Assembly (NCBI GenBank): GCA_963806855.1
Contig: CAWDYW010000003.1
Location: 416,001-480,000 of the forward strand
Direction: 5' to 3'
DNA length: 64,000 bases
Source of the DNA: an uncultured Verrucomicrobiae bacterium
GTDB taxonomy: Bacteria > Chlamydiota > Chlamydiia > Chlamydiales > Rhabdochlamydiaceae
In this document: positions 9,411 to 19,653 of the stretch, piece by piece
How the letters are laid out: the number at the start of each line of letters is the position of its first letter
Numbering within the stretch: position 1 is the first letter of the stretch
Made by a program: the position numbers and the translations under genes
The notes under the pieces: generated by a model
What the model saw: the letters and a program-made list of their open reading frames with translations, nothing else
What the model was told of the DNA's origin: nothing
The model's database searches: none

Positions 9411-12400
9411 ATGCGGCGCAAATCGTTAATTATTATTCCCCTTATTTTATGTGCAGCCCTATTCTTCCTGCGGCATCAAATTGTCGTGATGGGAACAAAG
9501 GTCTGTTTAAATAAAACATTTGAACAGAATGTGGGCTTTAAAGATGTCTCCGCCCGAAAAGGAAAGGTAATTGTCGAGGGGCTTCAAGTCCGTGACAAGC
9601 AGATGCTTTTAGTGGTCGAGGAGATGGAATTTGGTCTCAATTTCCGCAAAGTGCTCGCCCATCCAAAAGGATTTATCTCGCTCTGCCGCAATGGCATCAC
9701 CAACTGGAACGAAGCGCTGATTGCTCTGAAGCGGTATGGAAATGGGTTGAATATTCAGAATGGGGTGCTACAGCTCGAAGGGGAGAGGTATTACTTCCAA
9801 TTTGAGAATGGGAACCTGGCGATCAGCCACGACCCCAGTTTGAAAAATCATCCCTTCTTAGAGGCCTATATCCATACTAGGAAGCAGCAGGTGAGCGTCG
9901 ACCTGACGGTGCAAAATGTCCCAAGCCAGCGTCTATTGCGCCTAGCCTCGTTTCTTGCGCCGGCGTATCTGTCTGATATGCATGAAGCGCAAGGGCAGAT
10001 CGAGCTCAAAGCGCATGCAGTCTTTAAAAAAGATGGGGAATTAGCCGAACTGTCGACCCGCTTTGGATTGGAGAATTTTCAGCTCTTCTATCCCAGAATG
10101 GAGATTGCTCTTCAGACGAAAAAGTTGATTGGCGCTGTGAATTATCCGAAAGGAGATGGGGATTTGCCTCTCTGGAAAAAAATGGAGTGTAAGGCCCTTT
10201 TAGAAAAGGGTAGTCTCATCTGGGGAGAAAAATTGGCCCTCTCTAATTTGAATGGAAATCTCAGCCTTGATCCCAATGTCGATCCCTCTCTCTTTATCAA
10301 AGGGGAATTGGCAGACGAGGGAAGATCGTTGCAACTTCAGCTCGAAGGAAAAGGGGCTGTCCACGAGACCCAGGCCTATTGGCTCGAATTCGGCTTAAGC
10401 CTCAATAACCGGCAAGGAACCGAGTGTGGAGCGTTCCTCTCCATTTGCCGTCCCCAAGCAGATGACTTGGTTGTGCAATTGGAAGCCGACAATCTTCTAG
10501 CCGGGCAAGTTGCCATGCTCAAAGACTACTTTGCCAAATCGCTCCCAAGGCTGAAAGAGTGGGAAGTGAAAGAGGGGAGCGTTGGAGGCAAACTGGTCGC
10601 CCTGTTTGAAAAAGGGGAGCTGGCCCATTTTGAAGTGCAGGATCTCGTGGGGAAAAATATTGTCCTCGCCTCGACTTCCAAGAAGGAGCCGCTCTGTTTC
10701 TCCAGCATCCGCGGAGAAGGGAGACTTTTCGATACCTTCAACTTAGAATTGGATCTTCCCGCGCCCGATCTCTTCTCCTTTGTCTCGCCCGAGTTCAAAG
10801 AAGCCTACGCCAACTACCGCTATGACGACATGGCCCATCTCTCGATGACAATGAAGTTTGGTCGCAAAGAGGTCGAAACCTCGGCCCACGTCGATTTCAT
10901 CCAGCAGAATCAATCGGTTCAATTTGGTTATAAGAGCAAGACGGCTTTCCCTGCTTCGATTCAGGAAATTTCAGAAGGGTGGCTGCACAGCGATCGCCTC
11001 ACCCATATGGTCTACGGTCCCTTTGTCAAGCTTGCTAATGAAGATCTCCAGCTCTATGGCACGATCGATTTGACAGCTTCCTATGATGGAAAACAGATCG
11101 ATTGTACGCTCCAAATTGACGAATTCCTCGCCAAGCACCCCCTTCTTGATTTCAAAGTGGCCGCAATCGGCGAGAAAGGGAAAACACAAGGGCGGGCTAA
11201 ATTCACCTACGATCTCGGATCGAAGATGATCAGCGGAAGCCTGCCAATTCGCGAGGGGCAAGCCTATGATCGGGCGAATGGGATTCGCTTCCAGGATCTG
11301 TCGGCCGACTTAACCCTCACCTCGAATCTGGTCAAAGGACAAGTGACTAATTCGACGGTTCTCTACGACCAATTGGAACTCTTAAGAGAGGCTAAATTCG
11401 ATTTCATCTACGGAGAAACCCTCTCTCTCTCCTCCCTTTTTGCCAAAATTTCCCTCCCAAGCACAGCTGAATTCTATCTTTCAGCGGACAAAATCGACAG
11501 CAATTCATCCGATTTCCGCTTGCTGCAAGGTAAAGAGGAACTGGCCCATTTTGTCGGCACAAAAGGGGAAATCTGGAACGGCACGCTCAATGTTAAGCCT
11601 CTTAAAGAGAACTTCGAGATCAAATTTGCTTACGATCCACGGACCGAAAATGCGATCCTCGATGCAGCTGGCGAGGGGATCCATCTTTTCTGCAAAAAAC
11701 AGGGAGTCGACTATGTGCTTGAGAAACTCGATCTCAAAGATCTCTCTTTGAAAGGGGTGATCGCCAAAGCAGAGAACGGATTTACCTTATCGAGCTTTGA
11801 GGTGCAGCGTCCGAATGTAACCCTGCGCGGCGCAGGAACAATTGCCCTCGACTTGCCTCAAGCAGATCAAGATTTTGGCCTTCGGAGCGATCTGGCCCTT
11901 GAGGTCGATATGGCTGCTCCCTTTCCGGTTCTGTTGAAGACGACCCGCGCGTTCAAGCTTGCCTATTCTCCTCAGATCGGGTTCATCCTCTCCGACCTCG
12001 ATTTGGCCGGAGCTGGCTGTCAGCTCAACATTGGCCAGCTCGAATATACAAAAGGGGGAGAGCACACAGTTGCCAACAAATGCAGCTTTAAAGTGTCTGA
12101 TGAAGCAGTCTCCCGTTTTTGCACCGAGGGGGCCCTTCCTCAATTCTTGCGCGATTTTAAACTCTTCAAGTCGCTCTCTGGACAGGTTAATTATTCCAAC
12201 CTAAAAGGGAAAACCACCGTCGAGGGGATGATTTCTTCCCATCACGTTTCTCTTGAGTGGAAAGATCAGGCTGGCGAATTTGCCTTTGGGACCGAAGAGG
12301 ACAAACTCCTCTTTCAGCTCCATCGGGACCAAGAGGGATTCCATCTCGATGGGATCAAGGGAAACTTTGGCGGGCTGATGGCCGACCTAAAAAAGCAGGG

Positions 12401-13238
12401 AAAAGAGCAACTCAAAGGCCAGGTCTCGGTCGATTTCACCCGCTTTAAAGAGCTCTTTGATCTGCCGCTCAACAAATACCTCTCCCTTTGGAAAGCGGGA
12501 GGAGGCTATCAGTTTGAAGGGACATTCACTCCTCAAAAGCACCTTGCCGATTGGTTTTTTAAAGGGAAAATGAAAGGGCACGATTTTGAGTGGAACGGCT
12601 ACCAGCTCGATTCTGTGGAAGCCAAACTCGACGTCGAGCCGGGCAAAGTGACCATAGAGAATCTCGATCTCTCCGATGATGCTGGAAAAGTGTGGATTGG
12701 CGAGGCTAGCCTCACTCGATTGAAAAATAAAATATGGGTCTTCGCAGTGCCCAAAACTGAAATCCGCAATTTTCAACCGAGCATTTTGACAAAAGTGGGG
12801 GCAGAGGTTCCTGCATCCAAGCCGCTGATCGTCAAATCGGCTACATTGGAGAACCTCAAGGGTAGGATCGATGACCTCAAGAGTATCTCTGGAACTGGAT
12901 CATTCAATTTCAGCAACAAGCAATTGCCCAAACTTCCCACACAAATTTTACAAAAATTGGGACTAGATGGGGCCCTCTTTGTGCCAACTTCAGGCTCTGT
13001 TCAGGTGTCTCTGGAAGGTGGGAAATGTCTCTTCAAAGAGGTCATAGCGCTGATCACCGACAAAAAGAAATCGGAGTTCGAAGCTCCGCGCAATGGTGCG
13101 ATCGGTTATATCGATTTTGATGGAAATTTGGTCATCGACTTAAGCGTGAAGCAACACGTTGTCCGCGGCCTCAACATCCCCCTTTCACTTCAAGTGCGCG
13201 GCAATTGGGACGATCCTCAGCTAACCATAAATAAGTGA
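9411..13238 (+). CDS. Large membrane-anchored AsmA/TamB-like protein
   Basis: 1275 aa, single N-terminal TM, beta-rich, C-terminal LQVRGNWDDPQL resembling AsmA-like ends. Confidence 0.55.
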   Translation: MRRKSLIIIPLILCAALFFLRHQIVVMGTKVCLNKTFEQNVGFKDVSARKGKVIVEGLQVRDKQMLLVVEEMEFGLNFRKVLAHPKGFISLCRNGITNWNEALIALKRYGNGLNIQNGVLQLEGERYYFQFENGNLAISHDPSLKNHPFLEAYIHTRKQQVSVDLTVQNVPSQRLLRLASFLAPAYLSDMHEAQGQIELKAHAVFKKDGELAELSTRFGLENFQLFYPRMEIALQTKKLIGAVNYPKGDGDLPLWKKMECKALLEKGSLIWGEKLALSNLNGNLSLDPNVDPSLFIKGELADEGRSLQLQLEGKGAVHETQAYWLEFGLSLNNRQGTECGAFLSICRPQADDLVVQLEADNLLAGQVAMLKDYFAKSLPRLKEWEVKEGSVGGKLVALFEKGELAHFEVQDLVGKNIVLASTSKKEPLCFSSIRGEGRLFDTFNLELDLPAPDLFSFVSPEFKEAYANYRYDDMAHLSMTMKFGRKEVETSAHVDFIQQNQSVQFGYKSKTAFPASIQEISEGWLHSDRLTHMVYGPFVKLANEDLQLYGTIDLTASYDGKQIDCTLQIDEFLAKHPLLDFKVAAIGEKGKTQGRAKFTYDLGSKMISGSLPIREGQAYDRANGIRFQDLSADLTLTSNLVKGQVTNSTVLYDQLELLREAKFDFIYGETLSLSSLFAKISLPSTAEFYLSADKIDSNSSDFRLLQGKEELAHFVGTKGEIWNGTLNVKPLKENFEIKFAYDPRTENAILDAAGEGIHLFCKKQGVDYVLEKLDLKDLSLKGVIAKAENGFTLSSFEVQRPNVTLRGAGTIALDLPQADQDFGLRSDLALEVDMAAPFPVLLKTTRAFKLAYSPQIGFILSDLDLAGAGCQLNIGQLEYTKGGEHTVANKCSFKVSDEAVSRFCTEGALPQFLRDFKLFKSLSGQVNYSNLKGKTTVEGMISSHHVSLEWKDQAGEFAFGTEEDKLLFQLHRDQEGFHLDGIKGNFGGLMADLKKQGKEQLKGQVSVDFTRFKELFDLPLNKYLSLWKAGGGYQFEGTFTPQKHLADWFFKGKMKGHDFEWNGYQLDSVEAKLDVEPGKVTIENLDLSDDAGKVWIGEASLTRLKNKIWVFAVPKTEIRNFQPSILTKVGAEVPASKPLIVKSATLENLKGRIDDLKSISGTGSFNFSNKQLPKLPTQILQKLGLDGALFVPTSGSVQVSLEGGKCLFKEVIALITDKKKSEFEAPRNGAIGYIDFDGNLVIDLSVKQHVVRGLNIPLSLQVRGNWDDPQLTINK

Positions 13239-13852
13239 TCCTTAATCTACTTTATCCTCCCCAATGCATTCACTGCGACACACCCCTGCCGCAGCACCGA
13301 TTGCTTTGCGGAGCATGCCTCGACCTCTTCACTCTGCTCCCCGCAGAGGGGCACTGCAGCAAATGCTTTGGTGAGATTGGGGCCATCTCAGGCATTTGCA
13401 AACCATGCCGAGAGATCGCCCATCCATTTGCCCGCCTTGCCACTTGCTTTGATGCCTTCGGACCCGCGAGAAGCATCGCAGGAGCCCTTTTAAACCGGGG
13501 CCAATTCCACTACGCCAAGGACATTGCCTCCTTCATCATCATTCAATTGGAGAGGCTAAGATACCCCTCCTTTGACCTCATTACACTCGTCCCCAGTTAC
13601 TTCTTCAATCGCCATCTTGTCGTCGCCAAAGAACTCGCCCAGATGCTCCATGCCCCCTTCAAGCTCGTGCTCAAGAGACAGATGACCCCAACTCCTGCCT
13701 TTTCACTGCGAAAAAAGTGCAATATTATTAATCAAAAGGTATTATTACTCGATATCAGCATGGAGACACGGGCAACGATCCGATCTGCCGGCTGGGCCCT
13801 CGAACGTGGTGGGGCCGAAACAATTTATGGAGTGACTTTTTGCGCTACCTAA
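13235..13852 (+). CDS. comF: ComF-family protein (double zinc ribbon + degenerate PRTase domain)
   Basis: LLYPPQCIHC..CGAC..CSKC..CKPC; C-terminal VLLLD..RAT..AL..GGA. Confidence 0.75.
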   Translation: MILNLLYPPQCIHCDTPLPQHRLLCGACLDLFTLLPAEGHCSKCFGEIGAISGICKPCREIAHPFARLATCFDAFGPARSIAGALLNRGQFHYAKDIASFIIIQLERLRYPSFDLITLVPSYFFNRHLVVAKELAQMLHAPFKLVLKRQMTPTPAFSLRKKCNIINQKVLLLDISMETRATIRSAGWALERGGAETIYGVTFCAT

Positions 13853-14325
13853 TTTTCCTACTCCTTATTTTTTGCAGTTGCGCTCGCAATACCGAAGATC
13901 CGCTTGTGGCCCAAATGCGGCTGCGCAAGATGCAGACCCGCACCTACGTTGGCACCACAGCCAGGTCTGTTGCGAAAGAACTGCTTGCCATTTTGCAAGA
14001 CGAAGGCTTTATGGTGAAAAATGTCAATGCCGAGCTGGGACTGATCACCGCCGAAAGAGACAGCAATATCGAGAAATTTGCATCGAAGTTCTGGGCCTAT
14101 GTCTTCTCAGGCAAGCAGGCCACCTGGAAAAAGCATTCCCTCGTTGAAATCACCTCCAACATCACCGAAGAAAAGGGGAATACCAAGGTGCGTATTAACC
14201 TTTTACTCCGTGTCTTCGACAATTTTGGAAGAATTGTGGATGTCGAGCAGGTGCTCGAAGAGGAGGCCTACGTCGATTTTTTCAACAAGGTGCAGCGCGG
14301 ACTGGTCTCGAATCGGAGTAGTTAG
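13840..14325 (+). CDS. Putative lipoprotein
   Basis: Short hydrophobic N-terminus with lipobox-like FCSC. Confidence 0.6.
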   Translation: MRYLIFLLLIFCSCARNTEDPLVAQMRLRKMQTRTYVGTTARSVAKELLAILQDEGFMVKNVNAELGLITAERDSNIEKFASKFWAYVFSGKQATWKKHSLVEITSNITEEKGNTKVRINLLLRVFDNFGRIVDVEQVLEEEAYVDFFNKVQRGLVSNRSS

Positions 14326-14460
14326 CCTCGACTCGCCCAAAAGCGTGAATCGCTCATTTGGAAAAAAGCTTGATCCAAATGTGAATGTCTCCTTAACATG
14401 TAAAGAAAAGAGTTTGTCTTAGAAAGAGCCTAACTTAGCCAGAAACAACAGGTATGTTCA

Positions 14461-16314
14461 ATGAAAATTTCAAATCTATTTTCAACAGCGAGTCTTTTGT
14501 CGCTGACAGTGCTGACGATTCCAGATGCTGAAGCAGCGAATATTCCGAATGGAGCTACAATAACAGCCCCTCCGCAGGCTAATCAGGCAATGAACTTTCA
14601 GGCCCCCGCCCCAGGCGGCACCTTCGTAATTGAACCAGGCACCACATTTGTTGGCGCTCTAACAACAGACGGAGGCGCAGCCATTGGAACACTAGTGCTT
14701 AACACTGGTAGCCAATTAAATGGCGCTGTTGGGGATCCCGCAATACTACAGGTTACTCTCAATGGCAATGCAACTATCATAGGCGCCACAGGAGCACAAA
14801 ATTTTAGTCTTGGGCAAAATACATTGACTAACCAGGGCGCTTTGAATCTCCCATCGGGCATAGCTATTAATACCCGAGTCATTACTAATGCACTCTTTGG
14901 CAACATCGCAGTCACAGGAGCTGACTCGATTGCTGGAGCTTCCGTTACGGTTAATGTTGACGCAAGCGGGGTCATAGCCTTAACACCTGGCCAACCTTTA
15001 TTTGTTGTTAGCGCTCAAGGGACTACATCTGGATTACCCGTCATTGTTACTAGCAACAATGTGCTTTACAGCTTCATCGGCAACAACTCAAATGGTAATA
15101 TTACCATTACCCCAACCTTACATCCTGCAATAGTACCTCCTGGCGGGGTTGGATCTGTATTCACGGCGCTTCTCACTGTTGCAGCTAACAATCCAGGCAG
15201 TGATATCGCTACCGTTATGGCTGCTATTTCCGCTTTGTCTACCCCAGCAGCGATACAAGCGGCGCTCGCACAGCTTAACCCCAATGTAAATGGCGCGATC
15301 CCTCGCGCTAGCTTCGCAGGGGCGCAACAGTTCCAAAATCTCTGGTCACAACATATGGGATATGGACGATGTATCTATGCGGAAGATTGCTGCTGCGTCT
15401 GTGAAGACCCTTGCCAGGCTGAACGGACTGATTGCGACTGTTATGCCGAAATAAATTGCTGCAATGTTCCAAACCGCTTCGAGGTTTGGATAGATGGTTT
15501 TGGATATTGGGGCCGCCAATATGCACGCAAAGGATTTAAGAGCTATACAGACGATATTTATGGCGGAATGATCGGGTTCCAAGTGCCTGTGTGTCAGGAA
15601 TTCAGCTTGGGAATCGGCGGTGGTTATGCTTATACCGACATAAAGGAAAGCGGTCGAAGGAATAGCGGCAACATCCACACCTATGACGTAACAGCCTACG
15701 CCTCTTATGACGCTACGCACTTTTATCTGGATGGTGCTTTTTCATTCGATTATAACAAATATGAGGGTACAAGACATATTGATTTTCCCGGTATAGACCG
15801 TAGGGCAAAGTCCCATTATCATGGACAAGAGTACACGGCTCTTGCTGCGGCGGGCTATCGCTGGTACAGCAGATGTTGCTTCATCTTCACCCCGCTCGCT
15901 TCACTCCAGTATTCGTATTTGAATGTGAATAAGTATAAAGAACACGGTGCTGGAGATCTCAACCTGCACGTGAAAGCCCAGCATTATAATTTCTTGGAGT
16001 CGGGCTTAGGATTGAAGGTGAGTCGTCCTATACAGACTCAGTGCGGCGCTTTTGTTCCCGAGATTCATGCAATATGGCTCCACGATTTCTTTAAAGATGA
16101 GATGGATCTCAGCTCAACTTTTTCCGGCGTAGCTGTGGAGGCCGGGCGGTTTAAAGTTAAAGGGCCGGGTTGGGGCCGCGATAGCGGTGATGTGGGTGCG
16201 AGCATTGCATATATCGCATGCAACAGACTGGCGATCCAGCTCGTTTACAACTATGAATTTAGCTCTACCTACCATGCTAATGAAGCTCTGATTAAGATCA
16301 GCTATCGTTTCTAA
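14461..16314 (+). CDS. Autotransporter (signal peptide, G/N/T-rich passenger, Cys-rich linker, C-terminal beta barrel)
   Basis: Signal ending AEA; barrel WIDGFG...SGLGLK...; terminal ISYRF. Confidence 0.88.
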   Translation: MKISNLFSTASLLSLTVLTIPDAEAANIPNGATITAPPQANQAMNFQAPAPGGTFVIEPGTTFVGALTTDGGAAIGTLVLNTGSQLNGAVGDPAILQVTLNGNATIIGATGAQNFSLGQNTLTNQGALNLPSGIAINTRVITNALFGNIAVTGADSIAGASVTVNVDASGVIALTPGQPLFVVSAQGTTSGLPVIVTSNNVLYSFIGNNSNGNITITPTLHPAIVPPGGVGSVFTALLTVAANNPGSDIATVMAAISALSTPAAIQAALAQLNPNVNGAIPRASFAGAQQFQNLWSQHMGYGRCIYAEDCCCVCEDPCQAERTDCDCYAEINCCNVPNRFEVWIDGFGYWGRQYARKGFKSYTDDIYGGMIGFQVPVCQEFSLGIGGGYAYTDIKESGRRNSGNIHTYDVTAYASYDATHFYLDGAFSFDYNKYEGTRHIDFPGIDRRAKSHYHGQEYTALAAAGYRWYSRCCFIFTPLASLQYSYLNVNKYKEHGAGDLNLHVKAQHYNFLESGLGLKVSRPIQTQCGAFVPEIHAIWLHDFFKDEMDLSSTFSGVAVEAGRFKVKGPGWGRDSGDVGASIAYIACNRLAIQLVYNYEFSSTYHANEALIKISYRF

Positions 16315-16421
16315 TTTCTTAAATTTCAAGCAGGGTGAGGCCCGTTGAAAATAGAGCGGAAAATCTCATTTTTTTGAATAATCGGGGATCGTGGAACCAA
16401 AACCGATCCCATTTGCACTGC

Positions 16422-16683
16422 CTAATCATTTCTTCGATTTGATTCGAAATTTTCTTCCATGCACGCAGTAAAATTCACACGAACATCCGGATTACTCTTG
16501 TTCAGAGCAACATCATTAAGATAGTGAAATTGGTGCAAAAACCCCTTCTCGTCTAAAATTTCGTGGGATTCGGTCTCTTCGCACTCCTCAACAGATTCAA
16601 ACAAAGCTTTGTGATCACCCGGTTTTGCACCAAAGATGTATTTCATTTTATATTGCTGCACAAGGCCGATGTAAGGTGCCTTT
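16422..16683 (-). pseudogene. Transposase fragment
   Basis: YIFGAKPGDHKALF..NDVALNKSNPDVRVNF resembles a DDE transposase internal segment; truncated. Confidence 0.55.
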
Positions 16684-16763
16684 GAAACGGAAGGAGTATA
16701 GATTAACGTTCAAAAAAAATGTCAACCTGCGGTAAAATATTTGCTTCAAAATAGAAGAGGCAA

Positions 16764-18020
16764 ATGATGGATGTCATACAAGCACAATCAAAAGCACTCT
16801 ACGGAGATGTCGATCATCGGCAGAATTTTTTTCACATGCCCGATAATGATTTTTTGCGGGAAGTGAAAAAATGTGCAAAAGGGACCGCGTGCCTGATCCC
16901 CTCTCAATTTCTTGTCCGAAAAGGAGATGATTGGACGCTCTCTCATTTGACACCCAGTTTGCTCCACCTAAGGCAACAGGGGGAAAAAATGGGGGAACAG
17001 GAGCGATTCCTTAATGAACCTATTGCAGGAATAGGCACAGCGTTTTTGATGAGTAAGAGGCATGCGATGACGGCAGCACATTGCGTTTGCAAAACAGGCT
17101 CGAATGCACTGGATCAAAAGGATATCGGCGCCCTATTTCTCGTCTTCGGCTATCGAATGAAAGATGAGACCACATGCAAAAGAACCTTTAAAGGGAAAAA
17201 TGTGTATCAAATCCGCTCTGTCGTTGCACATAAATTTCAACGTTTGGGTGGTTGGGAAGATTGGGCAGTGGTCGAATTAGATCGGGAAGTCGTTGAGCGA
17301 ACCCCGCTCAAACTTCATTCTGAGGCTGTTAGTAAAGATATAAGTCTCTATATGTTAGGACACCCGACGGGATTGCCTTTAAAATTCACTGGAAATGCAT
17401 TGGTTAAGGACAGTACTCATCCCCATCGATTTGCAGCAGACTTAGATGCCTTTGCCGGAAACTCGGGCTCTCCAGTTTTTGACCTATCTCACCGGGTGGT
17501 AGGAATCTTAATTGAAGGACAGCAAGATTATGAAGTGACGGACGATTACAAAGGAACTGGGGAAACTCGGGTCCAGGCAAGCAAAGTTCCTCCAAACTCT
17601 TTTGAAGGCTGCACCAAAATCAGTTCCTTAGGATTTGTGCACGCGATTCTTAAGTCTATTGAAAAAGTGCCGACTGGAGTGCCAAAAATCGGGGAAGTGA
17701 AGCCAGGCCTAAATATTGAAGGGTATTGCAGTAATGCCGATTGCAGTAATGCTAATTCCATCTTCATCGCTAATCGAGGTTTTGGAAATTTCAATATGAA
17801 TCGGGAATGTGCGACACTCACCTGTCCTCAGTGCAAAAGTGAAAGCCCCTATGAAAAAACCAACATTCTGACATTAAGTAAATGCACTTATCAGATCGAA
17901 GGAACCAACACAGATTATCTGGCGATCAATCAAACAGCTACTCTTGAACCTGGACACCCCTTTAAAATGGACTTGCAAGATTGGAGATATCTCGAATTGC
18001 ACATTAAGGAGTCAAATTAA
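16764..18020 (+). CDS. Trypsin-like serine protease with C-terminal Cys-rich (putative Zn) domain
   Basis: Triad motifs TAAHC, DWAVVEL, GNSGSPV; C-domain PGLNIEGYCSN..C..GFGNFNMN..CPQC. Confidence 0.85.
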   Translation: MMDVIQAQSKALYGDVDHRQNFFHMPDNDFLREVKKCAKGTACLIPSQFLVRKGDDWTLSHLTPSLLHLRQQGEKMGEQERFLNEPIAGIGTAFLMSKRHAMTAAHCVCKTGSNALDQKDIGALFLVFGYRMKDETTCKRTFKGKNVYQIRSVVAHKFQRLGGWEDWAVVELDREVVERTPLKLHSEAVSKDISLYMLGHPTGLPLKFTGNALVKDSTHPHRFAADLDAFAGNSGSPVFDLSHRVVGILIEGQQDYEVTDDYKGTGETRVQASKVPPNSFEGCTKISSLGFVHAILKSIEKVPTGVPKIGEVKPGLNIEGYCSNADCSNANSIFIANRGFGNFNMNRECATLTCPQCKSESPYEKTNILTLSKCTYQIEGTNTDYLAINQTATLEPGHPFKMDLQDWRYLELHIKESN

Positions 18021-19607
18021 TTGGACGTTGTTAGAACAGGAGGAGATCTTCCAGACAATTGGTCATGGACAATCCAACCCGATCAGGCTGTTATTAGCGC
18101 AAGGAAACTTGGAGATCAATGCTCATTTCAAATACAGGACCCGACTGGAAAAGTGCATGAATTGGCCATGAATCAGGTAAAGGGATGGAAACGACTCTTG
18201 GCCATAAAAGATCAGTCTCTACTTTCAAGGACTTCTCCACTCCTCAATAAAGAAAGAACCGGCATCATTTTCACCATTTTTTCAACTTCTTTAATAAATG
18301 CAGATAAAGAAGGGGTAGCCCTAGCCTATCTTGATGAATCTGGACGACTAGCTTGGAATTTACTCATCAATGGGTCTTTCCATGAAGTTGCTTTTGAAAA
18401 TATCCAAGGATTGGAGCCTAGTGGAAAAGTGCACAAACTTTTTTTAAAGCGGAGAGAATTTCCTTATCGTGTTGAACTTTTACAAGAGGCCCCTTTTATG
18501 CTTCGCTTTTCCTCAATAGGAAAGTTGCAGAACCGTGATTCAGATCCTGCAACTCTATCCCTCCCGAATAGTGTTACTATTGCAGCACTCAAACAACAGT
18601 TCCAAAGCAAATTTCAGGCTTCCATTGAAAAACCACTACTTTATCTTGATCGACCTGAAGGAAAAGCTCCCTATCTATTAAAAGAGGACAAAACTCTAGC
18701 CTACTATGGTATTAACGAAACAGATGCTCTAATCTTCTGCAATGAGCTCCCTAAAGTTTTCTTTAACTTGCCGGTCCGCATCATTTCTAGTGATGGCACT
18801 GTTACCGATGACAGCATTTGCATCTCTAAGAGAACAACTATAGGAGAACTTAAAAAAATAATTCAGAAAAAAGCATCCGATTGGCACGGGCACGTCGTTA
18901 TTGAAATTCAAGGAAAGAGCATAGAATTAGAAGATGATAGAACTCTGGAACATTATGATATTGATGAAGAGGACATTCTTGGTTTTCGCCTAAAGCACTC
19001 CCTCGACGACGATCATTATGTTATGGAACCCGATCGAGCTAGGGCCGCGCTCGAGGCCGCTTCAATGCAGGCCATGCTCGAACCTGCCTATGCAATGGCG
19101 GCCATGCCTTTTCGCCTACCTTTTCGGAGACGGGATTCTTGGTATGGGGGGCAAGAAATAGAGAGCTCAGACCTGCATGCTTTACATAATGTTGGTCAAA
19201 TATGGCAAAAGGTTTCTCCAGGGCTCAATCTAGTTGGCATTTGTGAAAATCAACCTTGTGCAGCCTTTGGTAAAAGGATTTTTTTGAGATATGGATTCGG
19301 TACCTTTAATATGAATAAGCTTGCCAGCACTTCAAAATGCCCCTCTTGTGTGACTACCGCTAAGAAAATCGATAATTGCGGATTTTGGAAATGTGTTTAT
19401 TCGATTGACGGCGCTTATAAAGATTCAGATAAAAAGAAAGTCACTGTCAATGAAGAAAATCTGATTGCTCCAGATGATAAATTTCTTCTATTTGAACCTG
19501 CTGAACTAAAAGAATTCCTTTTTATGGATATTACAGTGCGGGAAAAGATAAAAGAAGATAGGGCAAAAGAAAAGAAATTATCTAAAAACAATTGCAATCT
19601 GATGTAA
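18021..19607 (+). CDS. Protein with two ubiquitin-like domains, the same Cys-rich domain, and polybasic CaaX end
   Basis: Ubl-type segments (TIAALK..LKEDKTLAYYGI; TIGELKK..LEDDRTLEHYDI); PGLNLVGICEN..C..GFGTFNMN..CPSC; ends KKLSKNNCNLM; TTG start with AAGGAG RBS. Confidence 0.75.
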   Translation: MDVVRTGGDLPDNWSWTIQPDQAVISARKLGDQCSFQIQDPTGKVHELAMNQVKGWKRLLAIKDQSLLSRTSPLLNKERTGIIFTIFSTSLINADKEGVALAYLDESGRLAWNLLINGSFHEVAFENIQGLEPSGKVHKLFLKRREFPYRVELLQEAPFMLRFSSIGKLQNRDSDPATLSLPNSVTIAALKQQFQSKFQASIEKPLLYLDRPEGKAPYLLKEDKTLAYYGINETDALIFCNELPKVFFNLPVRIISSDGTVTDDSICISKRTTIGELKKIIQKKASDWHGHVVIEIQGKSIELEDDRTLEHYDIDEEDILGFRLKHSLDDDHYVMEPDRARAALEAASMQAMLEPAYAMAAMPFRLPFRRRDSWYGGQEIESSDLHALHNVGQIWQKVSPGLNLVGICENQPCAAFGKRIFLRYGFGTFNMNKLASTSKCPSCVTTAKKIDNCGFWKCVYSIDGAYKDSDKKKVTVNEENLIAPDDKFLLFEPAELKEFLFMDITVREKIKEDRAKEKKLSKNNCNLM

Positions 19608-19653
19608 GGAGATTTTCATATTTAAAACCGGCAGAGCTTTGTTATGAAACTAT

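Noticed and set aside
18018..18023. Stop read-through fusing the protease and Ubl genes (same frame)
   Set aside because: TAA stop, a good AAGGAG RBS before the TTG, and each gene ends in its own copy of the shared domain
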